From the IMG/VR virus record IMGVR_UViG_3300042997_000260, positions 1-34,409 of that record: DNA of 34,409 nt; one strand, 5' to 3'. The notes under the pieces are model-generated. The model saw only the letters and a program-made list of their open reading frames with translations, was not told the origin of the DNA and searched no databases. The translations under genes were made by a program, and so were the position numbers. Source of the stretch: a virus. Taxonomy: Duplodnaviria > Caudoviricetes. Shown in pieces: positions 16,126 through 25,675 of the stretch (position 1 is the first letter of the stretch; the number at the start of each line of letters is the position of its first letter).

Positions 16126-16928
16126 GCGAAGAGACAACCCAGGGCGCTGGATCTCAAGAAGTCGCGACCGCAGCTCCGGCTGCACCTGTCGGGTTCTTTG
16201 ACAGCCTGCCAGATGATTTGCGGGCTGAGCCGAGCCTGCGCAATTTTACTGACCCTGTTTCGCTGGCCAAGAGCTATGTACATGCGCAGCGGATGATCGG
16301 CGCGGACAAGATTCCGTTGCCTGGCAAGTCGGCCACGGATGATGAGTGGCGCCAGGTTTACAAGCGGTTGGGTGCGCCTGAGGATCCGAAGGGGTACGAG
16401 ATCAAGCTTGGCAAAGACGTGATGCGTGACGCTGAGCTTGATGCGTTTCGTGCTGCGGCCTTTGAGGCTGGTCTGAACGGCAAGCAGGCTGGGCGGATTG
16501 CTCAGTTCTTGGAAAGTGCGGTCACTCAATCGCGTGCTGACCTTGAAAAGAACTCCGAGTCTGTGCGCTATGAGGGCGAGCAGGAGCTGCGCCGCGAGTG
16601 GGGCCAGGCGTTTGACCAGCAGGTGCAGCTTGCGCACAAAGCGGCTGTCACGTTCTTGGGCAACACTGAGCTGCTTGATACGGTCGAGCTGGCTGATGGC
16701 CGGCTGTTGGGCGATCATCCGGCGATCGTGAAGATGTTTGCAAACCTTGCGCGAGAGATCGGCGAGGACAAATTGTTGGGCGAAGCAAGCGAGCTTGTGA
16801 TGACCCCGACAGAAGCTCAGAGCAAGATCTCTGAGATTACTAGACAGGGAACCCCATATTGGGATAAATTGCACCCTGAGCATCGTGCGTATGTCGATGA
16901 GGCTCTTCGCCTTAGAGAGTACATGTGA
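16122..16928 (+). CDS. Capsid scaffolding protein
   Basis: LAKSYVHAQRMIG, LRREWG, GDHPAIVKMF and PYWDKLHPEH; lies directly upstream of the capsid gene. Confidence 0.85.
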   Translation: MSEETTQGAGSQEVATAAPAAPVGFFDSLPDDLRAEPSLRNFTDPVSLAKSYVHAQRMIGADKIPLPGKSATDDEWRQVYKRLGAPEDPKGYEIKLGKDVMRDAELDAFRAAAFEAGLNGKQAGRIAQFLESAVTQSRADLEKNSESVRYEGEQELRREWGQAFDQQVQLAHKAAVTFLGNTELLDTVELADGRLLGDHPAIVKMFANLAREIGEDKLLGEASELVMTPTEAQSKISEITRQGTPYWDKLHPEHRAYVDEALRLREYM

Positions 16929-16932
16929 TGCA

Positions 16933-17021
16933 GCGGACAATCTTCGGACCCGCGCACCAAGCTTGTGAGACAGGCGGATTGACTGCCCAAGCAGTAAGCC
17001 CGACCCCGCATGGGACAATCG
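16933..17021 (+). promoter_or_regulatory. Structured 5' leader of the major capsid gene (four hairpins)
   Basis: Hairpins at 16933-53 (UUCG loop), 16961-75, 16982-95 and 17001-21; the first and last share the same GG-ACAA-UC/GA-C-CC internal loop. Confidence 0.5.
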
Positions 17022-17059
17022 AGCGTAGCACCCTGAAACCTTTGTTGGAGTGAAGACAG

Positions 17060-17923
17060 ATGTCTACTCAAATCACTACGGCATTCGTCAATCAGTTTTC
17101 CTCGAACGTCCAGATGCTCTCGCAGCAGATGGGTTCGCTGCTGCGCAATGCGGTAGACGTGGAAACTGTGAACGGCGAAAAAGCCTTCTTCGACCAGGTC
17201 GGTAGCGCTGCTGCTGTCCTGCGCACGTCGCGTCATGCGGACACCCCCCTGATTGATACGCCGCACTCGCGTCGTATGGTCACCATGTCGGACTTCGAAT
17301 ATGCCGACCTGATTGACGACCAGGACAAGGTTCGCCTGCTTGTCGATCCGACCTCGACCTACTCGCGTGCTGCTGCTGCAGCTATGGGTCGTGCGATGGA
17401 CGACGTGATCATCTCGGCTGCTCTTGGCACCGCGTTGACCGGCAAGGACGGCGGCACCTCGACCTCGTTCGCCACTGCAACCAACCAGATCGCCGCTGGC
17501 GCCACTGGCTTGACGCTGGCGAAACTGATCCAGGCCAAGGAAATCCTTGACGCTGGTGACGTTGATCCGTCGATCCCGCGCTACATCGCGGTCTCGCCGA
17601 AGCAGATCACGAACCTGCTGAACAGCACCACGGTTACCTCGTCGGACTTCAACACCGTCAAGGCTCTGGCGATGGGCGAAATCAACAGCTTTGTTGGCTT
17701 CAACTTCATCGTCACCAACCGCCTTGGTGTTGATGGTTCGGCTGCTCGCCGTGTCATCGCTTTTGCGATGGACGGCATCAAGCTGGCAGTTGGCCGTGAG
17801 CCGACCGCACGCATTGATGAGCGTGCTGACAAGTCGTATGCGACCCAAATCTACTATGCGATGACGCTTGGCGCCACCCGCATGGAAGAGAAGAAGGTCG
17901 TTGAAGTCCTCTGCACTGAATAA
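17060..17923 (+). CDS. Major capsid protein
   Basis: MSTQITTAFVNQFSSNVQMLSQQMGSLLR...DTPHSRR...DFNTVKAL...GATRMEE, typical of HTVC010P/BPP-1-like capsids; strongly biased codon usage. Confidence 0.93.
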   Translation: MSTQITTAFVNQFSSNVQMLSQQMGSLLRNAVDVETVNGEKAFFDQVGSAAAVLRTSRHADTPLIDTPHSRRMVTMSDFEYADLIDDQDKVRLLVDPTSTYSRAAAAAMGRAMDDVIISAALGTALTGKDGGTSTSFATATNQIAAGATGLTLAKLIQAKEILDAGDVDPSIPRYIAVSPKQITNLLNSTTVTSSDFNTVKALAMGEINSFVGFNFIVTNRLGVDGSAARRVIAFAMDGIKLAVGREPTARIDERADKSYATQIYYAMTLGATRMEEKKVVEVLCTE

Positions 17924-17934
17924 GGAGAAGAGCA

Positions 17935-18396
17935 ATGGCTACTGTTTATTCTGCGCAACGCACGAACACTCGTGCAAACCCGACCGTTAAGAACCAGGCC
18001 AACGAACTTGGTGGCCGTGTTCGTATCGCGCACGGGACTTATGAGGCTTCCTCGCTGGCTTCGGGCGATGTGATTGAGATGTTTGTCCTGCCGGACAACG
18101 CTCGTCTCATCTCCGGCTTCTTGGCAAATGATGCTCTCGGCTCCTCGACCACTGTGTCGGTTGGCTATGCAGCTCACACCAGCTCTGCTGGCGCTGCTGT
18201 GTCGGCTGCTGCTGCTGGTTACCTGGCTGCAACCTCGACCTCTTCGGCTGCCAAGACCGCTGTCCTGGCAACCTTGGCTTTGGGTTCGGGTTCGGTGGTT
18301 GACGCGAATGCCAACGGCATGACCGTCACCGCGACGATGGGCGGGGCTGCCGGCACCGGCACCATCGAACTGACCATCATGTACGCTCTGGACTAA
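17935..18396 (+). CDS. Putative capsid cement/decoration protein
   Basis: 153-aa Ala/Ser/Thr-rich beta protein directly after the MCP, with RBS AAGGAG and a downstream hairpin. Confidence 0.7.
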   Translation: MATVYSAQRTNTRANPTVKNQANELGGRVRIAHGTYEASSLASGDVIEMFVLPDNARLISGFLANDALGSSTTVSVGYAAHTSSAGAAVSAAAAGYLAATSTSSAAKTAVLATLALGSGSVVDANANGMTVTATMGGAAGTGTIELTIMYALD

Positions 18397-18402
18397 AAAA
18401 AC

Positions 18403-18428
18403 TAAGGGGGCGGGCAACTGCCCCCTTA
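18403..18428 (+). terminator. Hairpin after head genes (possible leaky terminator)
   Basis: TAAGGGGGCGG-GCAA-CTGCCCCCTTA, an 11-bp stem with a GNRA loop and a weak U-tract. Confidence 0.6.
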
Positions 18429-18448
18429 CCACCACAAGGGGCGATCCG

Positions 18449-19054
18449 ATGACAAGTACAGTTGATATTGCGAACTACGCGCTCAACATGATCGGTGGCT
18501 CGAACATTTCTAGCTTTGATGAAAACAGCAAGGCAGGGCGCCTGGTCAACCAGCGCTATGGATCTGCCCGTGATGCTGTGTTCCGTTCACATCCTTGGAA
18601 TTGCCTGATCCGCCGGGCCGAGCTGGCCCAAGAGACGCAGGCTCCCGTATTCGGGTATACCTACCAATACGCCTTGCCGACCGAGCCGTACTGCTTGCGG
18701 GTTCTGGAGTTTAGCAACGGCTCGCTGTCCTATCCGCAAGACAACATGTTCTCCAATCGTGGAGGCCCGGTGTTTGTCATTGAGGGGCGTAAGCTTCTTA
18801 CGGACGAAGGCACGGCTCGGATCAAATATACTGCGCGAGTGACTGACCCGCAGGAGTACGATGCCAGCTTGGTTGAAGCTCTGGCTGCGCGTCTGGCGAT
18901 GGAGATCGCCTATGCTGTCACTGGATCGACCACGGTCGTGCAGCTCATGACGGCGCTCTACGATGAGAAGCTGCGCGAGGCTCGGTTTGTTGATGCGACA
19001 GAAGGTGCGCCGCAAAAGATTGAGGCAAGCGACTTTATCGAATCGAGGTTCTGA
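18449..19054 (+). CDS. Tail tubular protein A (adaptor, T7 gp11-like)
   Basis: VDIANYALNMIG, RSHPWNC, YQYALP..CLRV and IEGRKLLTD motifs; synteny. Confidence 0.88.
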   Translation: MTSTVDIANYALNMIGGSNISSFDENSKAGRLVNQRYGSARDAVFRSHPWNCLIRRAELAQETQAPVFGYTYQYALPTEPYCLRVLEFSNGSLSYPQDNMFSNRGGPVFVIEGRKLLTDEGTARIKYTARVTDPQEYDASLVEALAARLAMEIAYAVTGSTTVVQLMTALYDEKLREARFVDATEGAPQKIEASDFIESRF

Positions 19055-21057
19055 TGGCTCGTTCAGCACCGGCTCTAAGCGCATTCACAGCAGGTGAGAT
19101 CTCGCCCCGGCTTGAGGGCCGGATCACGCTTGAGAAGTACAGAGAAGGCTTGTCTGAGCTGACCAACATGGTGGTTATGCCGCATGGCGGCGTGACCCGC
19201 AGACCAGGCACTGAATTCTTGGGCGAGGTTAAGAACAGCGCAGCCAAGGCTCGGCTGATCCCGTTTCAGTTTAAGACGACCGACACCTACATCTTGGAGT
19301 TTGGGCCTGAGACCATGCGGGTTTACCGCAACGGCTTGCAGGTTCTGACAGGCTCGGCCAAGACGATCACGGCTGTGACGAAAGCCAACCCCGGTGTGAT
19401 CACGTCCAACTCGCACGGCTTCAGCGATGGCGACGAGATCTACATCGAAAGCGTTGGCGGCATGACCGAGCTGAATGGCCGGAACTACATTGTAGACAAC
19501 GCGACGACCAACACGTTCACGTTGACCGATCTGTTCGGTGTGGCGATCAACACGACAGCTTTCACCACGTTCACCTCGGGCGGCACGGCTGATAAGATTT
19601 ACCAGATCTCCACCCCATATGTTGAGGCGGATCTGTTTCAGCTTCGGTACGCGCAATCGGCTGACACGATGTACATCGTGCATCCCAGCTACGACATTCG
19701 GGTTCTTGAGCGCACTGGTTCTGCGTCTTGGACGCTGACCACCGCTACGATTATTGGCACGCCCAGCCCTGCGCTGAGTGGCTCAAACAATCGCCCCAGC
19801 GTCGTTACGTTCTTTGAACAGCGCTTGGTGTTTGGTGGATCAAACAACAACCCTCAGACCCTGTGGTTTTCCAAGAACGGGAACTACCTGAACTTCACGA
19901 TCGGCTCGGCGGCTGATGACGCACTGATCTACACGATCGCGTCAAGCCAGATGAACGCAATCCGATACATCTCGGCAACCAGGGTTTTGACCGTGGGAAC
20001 GGCTGGCGGTGAATATGTCGTCACGGCTACCAGCGCTGGACCGATCACGCCGACAACGACCTTGATCCGCAAGTACTCGAACTATGGCACGTCGGCCATT
20101 GAACCAGTTCAGGTCGCAGATGTGACGTTGTTTCTGCAACGCGGCAACAGGAAGATCCGAGAGCTGAAGTATGTCGGCGATCTCAACGCAGATGCCTACA
20201 CGGCCCCAGACATGTCGATCTTGGCCGAGCATATCACCGAGGGCGGCGTAACTCAGTTCGCCTACCAGCAAGAGCCTGACAGCGTTATCTGGATGGTTCG
20301 CACAGATGGCACGCTTGTGGGCATGACCTACCGCCGCGAGGAGCAGGTTGTTGCTTTTCACAAGCATGTGATCGGTGGCGCGTTTAATGGCGGCCAGGCT
20401 GTTGTTGAAAGCGTGGCCGTATTGCCCAGGGATGACGGCGAAGACGAGCTGTACATGGTCGTCAAACGCACGATCAGCGGTGTGACGAAGCGCTATGTTG
20501 AACAGATGAAGCCGTTTGACTTTGGCGGCGTGACCACTGGTGCTTTCTTTGTTGACAGCGGCCTGTCGTACAGTGGCACTGCGGTATCGACCCTATCTGG
20601 CCTGCATCACTTGCCAGGCGAAACGGTGTCCATTTTGGCCAATGGTGCGTCTCATCCTGACAAAACTGTCTCCAACGGCTCGGTTGCCCTAAGCTTTCCC
20701 AGCACGGTTGCAGCGATTGGCTATGGCTACACGAGCAGCATGGAGACATTGCGCATTGAGTCTGGGTCTGTGGATGGCACAAGCCAGGGCAAGCCGAAGA
20801 GGCTGCACGCTGTCACGGTTCGACTGCATGAAACGGTCGGTGCCGAGGTTGGCAGTGGTACTGACAAGCTTGATCGGATTTACTTCCGCGACAGCTCCAT
20901 GCTGATGGACGAGGCTGTGCCTTTGTTCACCGGCGACAAGGACATTGAGTTTGAAGGCGGCTTTGATGATGACGACCGCATCTATGCGCGGCAAACCCAG
21001 CCGCTTCCACTGACGGTTCTTGCGCTGTTCCCGCGCATGAACACCTTCGACAAATGA
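19054..21057 (+). CDS. Tail tubular protein B (nozzle, T7 gp12-like) with inserted FCCH-like beta domain
   Basis: FTAGEISP, GGVTRRPGT, QSAD, PSVVTFFEQRL and PLPLTVL; insert ITAVTKANPGVITSNSHGFSDGD..VGGMTELNG. Confidence 0.9.
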   Translation: MARSAPALSAFTAGEISPRLEGRITLEKYREGLSELTNMVVMPHGGVTRRPGTEFLGEVKNSAAKARLIPFQFKTTDTYILEFGPETMRVYRNGLQVLTGSAKTITAVTKANPGVITSNSHGFSDGDEIYIESVGGMTELNGRNYIVDNATTNTFTLTDLFGVAINTTAFTTFTSGGTADKIYQISTPYVEADLFQLRYAQSADTMYIVHPSYDIRVLERTGSASWTLTTATIIGTPSPALSGSNNRPSVVTFFEQRLVFGGSNNNPQTLWFSKNGNYLNFTIGSAADDALIYTIASSQMNAIRYISATRVLTVGTAGGEYVVTATSAGPITPTTTLIRKYSNYGTSAIEPVQVADVTLFLQRGNRKIRELKYVGDLNADAYTAPDMSILAEHITEGGVTQFAYQQEPDSVIWMVRTDGTLVGMTYRREEQVVAFHKHVIGGAFNGGQAVVESVAVLPRDDGEDELYMVVKRTISGVTKRYVEQMKPFDFGGVTTGAFFVDSGLSYSGTAVSTLSGLHHLPGETVSILANGASHPDKTVSNGSVALSFPSTVAAIGYGYTSSMETLRIESGSVDGTSQGKPKRLHAVTVRLHETVGAEVGSGTDKLDRIYFRDSSMLMDEAVPLFTGDKDIEFEGGFDDDDRIYARQTQPLPLTVLALFPRMNTFDK

Positions 21058-21065
21058 GGTGAGTG

Positions 21066-21593
21066 ATGGTGTTACCACTCTTAGCTTTAGGCGCTACTCT
21101 TCTAGGCGGCATTTCTCAAAAGAAGGCTTCTGATGCTGCTGCAGCCGAGGCAAGGAAAGCCGCCGAGTTCAATGCGAAAATCATTGAACGCGACATCGAT
21201 CTGCTTGAACGTCAGCGCCAGATCTTCAATGCGAACTTCTTGGTTCAGGCTGAACGCAGCAGGAGATCCTTTGAGCGTGATGTTCAGGGCGAAGTTCGTG
21301 CTGGCTTTGGCTATGGTGGCATTGATATGTCTCATGGCACGCCGCTGCAGATACTTCGTGAGAATGCCCGCGAATTCCAGTATGAACAGGATGTGGCCGA
21401 GTTTAACAAAGAGATTGTGAACATGCAGATCTCTGACGAGCAGGAAAGCGCTAGGCTGAACGCACAGCTTACCCGGATGGGCGGACAAGCTCAGGCGTCT
21501 GGCATTCGCGCTGCAGGTACTGCGAGCCTGATTGGGGCAATCGGGTCTGCCGCATCGATCGGCTATGAATACAAAATATTTGGCAGGAGCTAA
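21066..21593 (+). CDS. Internal virion (ejection) protein, gp14-like
   Basis: Hydrophobic Gly/Ala ends, central coiled region with GGIDMSHGTP; position after the nozzle. Confidence 0.75.
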   Translation: MVLPLLALGATLLGGISQKKASDAAAAEARKAAEFNAKIIERDIDLLERQRQIFNANFLVQAERSRRSFERDVQGEVRAGFGYGGIDMSHGTPLQILRENAREFQYEQDVAEFNKEIVNMQISDEQESARLNAQLTRMGGQAQASGIRAAGTASLIGAIGSAASIGYEYKIFGRS

Positions 21594-21596
21594 TCC

Positions 21597-23348
21597 ATGC
21601 GCATCCCAGTTTACGCCTCAAGAGCTACAGCCACTAACGAGGCTCCTGGCGCAAGCATCAGGGCGCGGATGGACCCGAATGTCTTTGTGCAGGCCAAACT
21701 GCAAAGGGGTCAGGTTGCCACTGCTGTATTCGATGAGGTTGCCAAGTACACATTGGCTCGTGCTGAAGCTGAAGCCAAGATTGAGTACAATGAGGCGATG
21801 CTTAGCGCCGAAGAAGAGATGCGCAATGTGGCTGATGGGCTGAAGGAAAGCTCACGCTTGGGCGACGTGCTGAACGAAAAAGGCACGGGTGCTTGGCAGG
21901 TCTCCATCAAGGAAATGCGTGAGCGTCTGACAGATGGATTGTCTAGTCGGACAATGACCGACGCATTCAATGCTCGCTTCAATCAACAAGAACTAACGAT
22001 GCGGTTCCAACTGCGCGATGCGGTTGAATCTAACATCAAGGCCAGAGCAGCGGCTGCGGCTGCTGCCAGACAGGATGCCTTGGTCAATGCTCTTAGTGAT
22101 CCCCGCATGAACCCAGAAATGGCCTCCATGCTTTTGACCTCTCAAACAGTTGAGACCGAGTCGGACATCCGCGCTGGGATTGTATCGCCAGAAGTGGCGG
22201 CGGTTGTGAACACGGCAATGGTCAATAAGATCGTTGACAATGTGACGGCTGGGTATGTCGGAGGAGATCCGACGAAAGCGCTCGCGCTGTCTCGTGCGCT
22301 GCAATATCAGGACGAAGTAAACTCCGGCGCGATGACGGCGGAAGAGGCTGCAGAACTTTCTGGTCTTGGTCCTGATGCTTCCTACACTCTGACCGTTCTG
22401 CGCATGGCTCGGCCTGACATTGCGAACAAGGCTTTGGGTGACGCGATCACGCAAGCCAACAAGATCGATGGTGCGCTTGACGAGATGCGCACTGAATTTG
22501 AGGCCAGCATCACTACGGAAAACAACAACGCCTACAACGCGCTGTTTGGTGTTAGTGCAGCCGCGCCGCCAAGCGTTGAGCTGACAGCACGCCTGCAGGC
22601 TGTTTCGCCTGATGCGTTGGCGCTGGCGGGCATTAGCCCTGATCAACCGATCAGCGGTAAGCAGTACATTGAGATTACGACCGGTCTGCTCGACCTGCGC
22701 AATGCCATTAGCCCAGAGCAACGCAAGAGCATCGACACGCACAAGAACCCCAATACTGTCGGCCCGTTTGCTTCTGACACAAACCCAGGTGTCTACTCAA
22801 CCTTGCTCGAAAAGGCGAACACCGGCAACTTGACCCAAACTGTTCTCAACTCATCAAAGGGTGACCTGACGGTGAAGGATTGGGAAGCCCTGACCAACAA
22901 GATCCAAAGCGAGGCTGACGAAAGCCTGCGGGCGATTGATGATCAGGTGGCTGCAAGCTTCAAGTACAACAAGATCGCAGGCGCATCTGATGCGGCATCG
23001 AAGGAAGCCGAAGCTGCATATGCTCTTGTCAGCTCTAGGCTTCTAGCCGAGACGACCCGCAGAAAGTCTGAGGGCAACCCGATGACGCGCCAAGAGGTTT
23101 CGCAGCTCGCGCAGCAACTCACCGAAGAGCGCATGGTGTCTTATCGCGCCGGCCTTCAGGACAGCCTGCAGCAGTATCTGCAGTCTCAAAAGCAAAACGG
23201 CGTCCCAGATCTTCCTCCTGGGAATGAGCTTCCTGCGCTTGACGCTTGGTACAACTCGCTGCCAGAGCCGACATCCCAGCAGACAAGTGTGTACTATCGC
23301 GTGAAGTCTGAGATCTCGCGCACCCTGCAAATGATGGGGAACCAGTAA
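21597..23348 (+). CDS. Internal virion (ejection) protein, gp15-like position
   Basis: 583-aa helical protein starting MRIPVY; synteny. Confidence 0.7.
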   Translation: MRIPVYASRATATNEAPGASIRARMDPNVFVQAKLQRGQVATAVFDEVAKYTLARAEAEAKIEYNEAMLSAEEEMRNVADGLKESSRLGDVLNEKGTGAWQVSIKEMRERLTDGLSSRTMTDAFNARFNQQELTMRFQLRDAVESNIKARAAAAAAARQDALVNALSDPRMNPEMASMLLTSQTVETESDIRAGIVSPEVAAVVNTAMVNKIVDNVTAGYVGGDPTKALALSRALQYQDEVNSGAMTAEEAAELSGLGPDASYTLTVLRMARPDIANKALGDAITQANKIDGALDEMRTEFEASITTENNNAYNALFGVSAAAPPSVELTARLQAVSPDALALAGISPDQPISGKQYIEITTGLLDLRNAISPEQRKSIDTHKNPNTVGPFASDTNPGVYSTLLEKANTGNLTQTVLNSSKGDLTVKDWEALTNKIQSEADESLRAIDDQVAASFKYNKIAGASDAASKEAEAAYALVSSRLLAETTRRKSEGNPMTRQEVSQLAQQLTEERMVSYRAGLQDSLQQYLQSQKQNGVPDLPPGNELPALDAWYNSLPEPTSQQTSVYYRVKSEISRTLQMMGNQ

Positions 23349-25675
23349 TGGCCTACACGTTGAATGATGACACCGATGTTGAGATGACCCGCTACAATGA
23401 GGCGGCTGAGATCAAGACATACTCAGGCGCATCGGCTGAAAACGTGCGAGGCGGGTTCGTCCAGTACGACCCGATCCGCAAGGTCGAGGGCGTCTACATT
23501 GACCTGCCATCTGGCGGCAAGCTGCGCGTGGGCGATCGGCCCGTGACGCCAAAGCAATCGGCCCAGACCGACATGGTTGCTCAGGCTCAGACCCCAGAGC
23601 CTGCGCTGACATCCAAGACGCCAATCCCGGTCAAGAACGGCACACCTATTGAGAACATCCTCGGCGGTGCGAATGGCCCTGAGCTGGATGACTATCTGGC
23701 CGCTGGCTACACCGAAGCCGACGTGCAGCAGTATGAGAAGTTTGCCCTAGGCAACATCGAAGATCTGCAGGTTCCGATGAAGCTGACGCCAGATCAGATG
23801 GCGCAGTATGCGCAGCAGCCTGGCGCTGAGATGGCGATGCCACGGGAAACAAGCTTGCGTGAGAATGTGCAGGGCGCAATTTCCAACACGCTCGACCCCA
23901 ACCGAGAGCCTACTGGAGCTATTGGCGATGCGATCAGTTCAGCATTGCAAAGCCTAATTGGCCAAGAAAACCTAGACGACCCAAGCGATGTCCGTGCGTT
24001 TGCCAAGCTCTTCACCGATTTCGCAGGTGTCACGGTCCCTGTGTATGGAGGTGCAGAGACCGTAGATGAGGGCGCTCGCACTTTCAATTCTGGCTACAAG
24101 ATGATCAGCGATGGTATCGCATCTGGCGACACAAACATGATGAAGATTGGCGCGATTGATGCGGCAATCGGAATTGGTCTAACGACACTTGGCGTTGCTG
24201 AATTCGTGCCACTTATTAATGGCCTGACCGATCCTGCTAAAAACTTGTTGCGAGAGGCATCCCCTTTCGCAAAGAACATGCTTGCCGACGCGATCGGCGC
24301 CAGCCGTGCCATCGCCCAGGGCGACAAGGACATGCTGATGGAAATCTTCCAGCCTGCCGGCACGCCGCAGAGCTTGGGAGCTGCGGCGGTTGATGGCACT
24401 GGCGCGATCCAAGGTGGATTGCCTGGTCGCATCTCAACCCGTTTCCCAACGGCTATGAAAGCTCAAGAAGACCCGATGACCGGCACACTGGTTGTCGGTT
24501 TGGAGGAGCTGAAGAAAGAGCCGAAGTTGTTTGACTACAACGTCGGCATCACCAGAGATTACCCGAATATGCGGCCCGCTCCCGACGCAACAACGGAAGA
24601 AACCGCAGAGCAGTTCATCACGCATGTGAAGGACAACCTGCTCTATCTGCACGATCAAGTGCCAGAAGACACCCGCACGCGCAGCCAGCTCTGGTACGAC
24701 GGCGCACGCAACATCACTGAGCGCTGGTCAAAAGATTATGGCGTGCCAGACACCTCAATTGCTGGCGCACTTGCGGCACTGTCTCCGCAAAAAGATTGGT
24801 ATCAGAATGTGAGCTTGGCCGAGCGAGTGCTTGATGTCATCAAGCCAAAGGGCAATACGCCGACATCGTTCACCTCTGAAATGGAAGCCACGTTCAGAGG
24901 CATCGAATCTTTGAACAAACCCAAGTACGAACCTTTGCTGCAGGCCATCAAGGGCAAGTCGTATAATCAGATCACCGACCCAGATCCGGCGGTTCAAAAT
25001 ACGCTGCGTGCTTTGTTCGTCCGTCTGCACGACCAAACCTACAAGATCCCTGACTATCGGGTTGTGTCTCCAGAAGGTGACTTCTTGGATGTTGCACGCA
25101 ATGCAGACGGATCGGCCTCTCGCGTGGCTTGGGGTTCGCTGAACGAGATCGGCAAGGCTATCGGTGCGATTGAATCGAATGGCGATGTCAACACGATCTC
25201 GCGCTTGATGGGCGAGCGGCACAAGGTCAGAAACTTCTACAACAACATCTATGACCCCAACTCGCCGTATGGCGATGTGACGATCGACACGCACGCTGTA
25301 GCCGCAGGTTTGATGCGCCCGCTATCCGGCAACTCTCTTGAGGTCGATCACAACTTCAAGAACATCAGCGTTGCTGGGCGAGGCACGACAAAAGGCTCAT
25401 CGACCACAGGCATGTCTGGCAACTACGGTTTGTACGCAGAGGCGTATCGACGCGCGGCTGCAGAGCGTGGTATACTCCCACGGCAGATGCAGTCTATCAC
25501 ATGGGAAGCGGTGCGTGGCCTATTCCCTGACACGTTCAAGACCGCAAAGAACAATGCCGATGTCGATGCGATCTGGACAAGATACCGCAACGGCGAAATT
25601 GAAATTGACGAGGCAAGGAGTTTGGTAAGTGAGCGAGCAGGCGGTATCCGGCCCCCAACCTGGGAGCAACAGTGA
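23348..25675 (+). CDS. Putative internal virion protein with C-terminal HhH-GPD/EndoIII-like DNA glycosylase domain (DUF7178-like)
   Basis: WYDGA, IAGALAALSPQKDWYQN, GERHKVRNFYNNI, DVTIDTHA and AYRRAA..GILPRQMQSITW motifs; TAATG-coupled within the ejection gene block. Confidence 0.7.
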   Translation: MAYTLNDDTDVEMTRYNEAAEIKTYSGASAENVRGGFVQYDPIRKVEGVYIDLPSGGKLRVGDRPVTPKQSAQTDMVAQAQTPEPALTSKTPIPVKNGTPIENILGGANGPELDDYLAAGYTEADVQQYEKFALGNIEDLQVPMKLTPDQMAQYAQQPGAEMAMPRETSLRENVQGAISNTLDPNREPTGAIGDAISSALQSLIGQENLDDPSDVRAFAKLFTDFAGVTVPVYGGAETVDEGARTFNSGYKMISDGIASGDTNMMKIGAIDAAIGIGLTTLGVAEFVPLINGLTDPAKNLLREASPFAKNMLADAIGASRAIAQGDKDMLMEIFQPAGTPQSLGAAAVDGTGAIQGGLPGRISTRFPTAMKAQEDPMTGTLVVGLEELKKEPKLFDYNVGITRDYPNMRPAPDATTEETAEQFITHVKDNLLYLHDQVPEDTRTRSQLWYDGARNITERWSKDYGVPDTSIAGALAALSPQKDWYQNVSLAERVLDVIKPKGNTPTSFTSEMEATFRGIESLNKPKYEPLLQAIKGKSYNQITDPDPAVQNTLRALFVRLHDQTYKIPDYRVVSPEGDFLDVARNADGSASRVAWGSLNEIGKAIGAIESNGDVNTISRLMGERHKVRNFYNNIYDPNSPYGDVTIDTHAVAAGLMRPLSGNSLEVDHNFKNISVAGRGTTKGSSTTGMSGNYGLYAEAYRRAAAERGILPRQMQSITWEAVRGLFPDTFKTAKNNADVDAIWTRYRNGEIEIDEARSLVSERAGGIRPPTWEQQ

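Noticed and set aside
16038-18435. Long antisense ORFs (16038-17018, 16817-17935, 17854-18435)
   Set aside because: They shadow the strongly codon-biased scaffold, capsid and cement genes and have no RBS or recognisable motifs.
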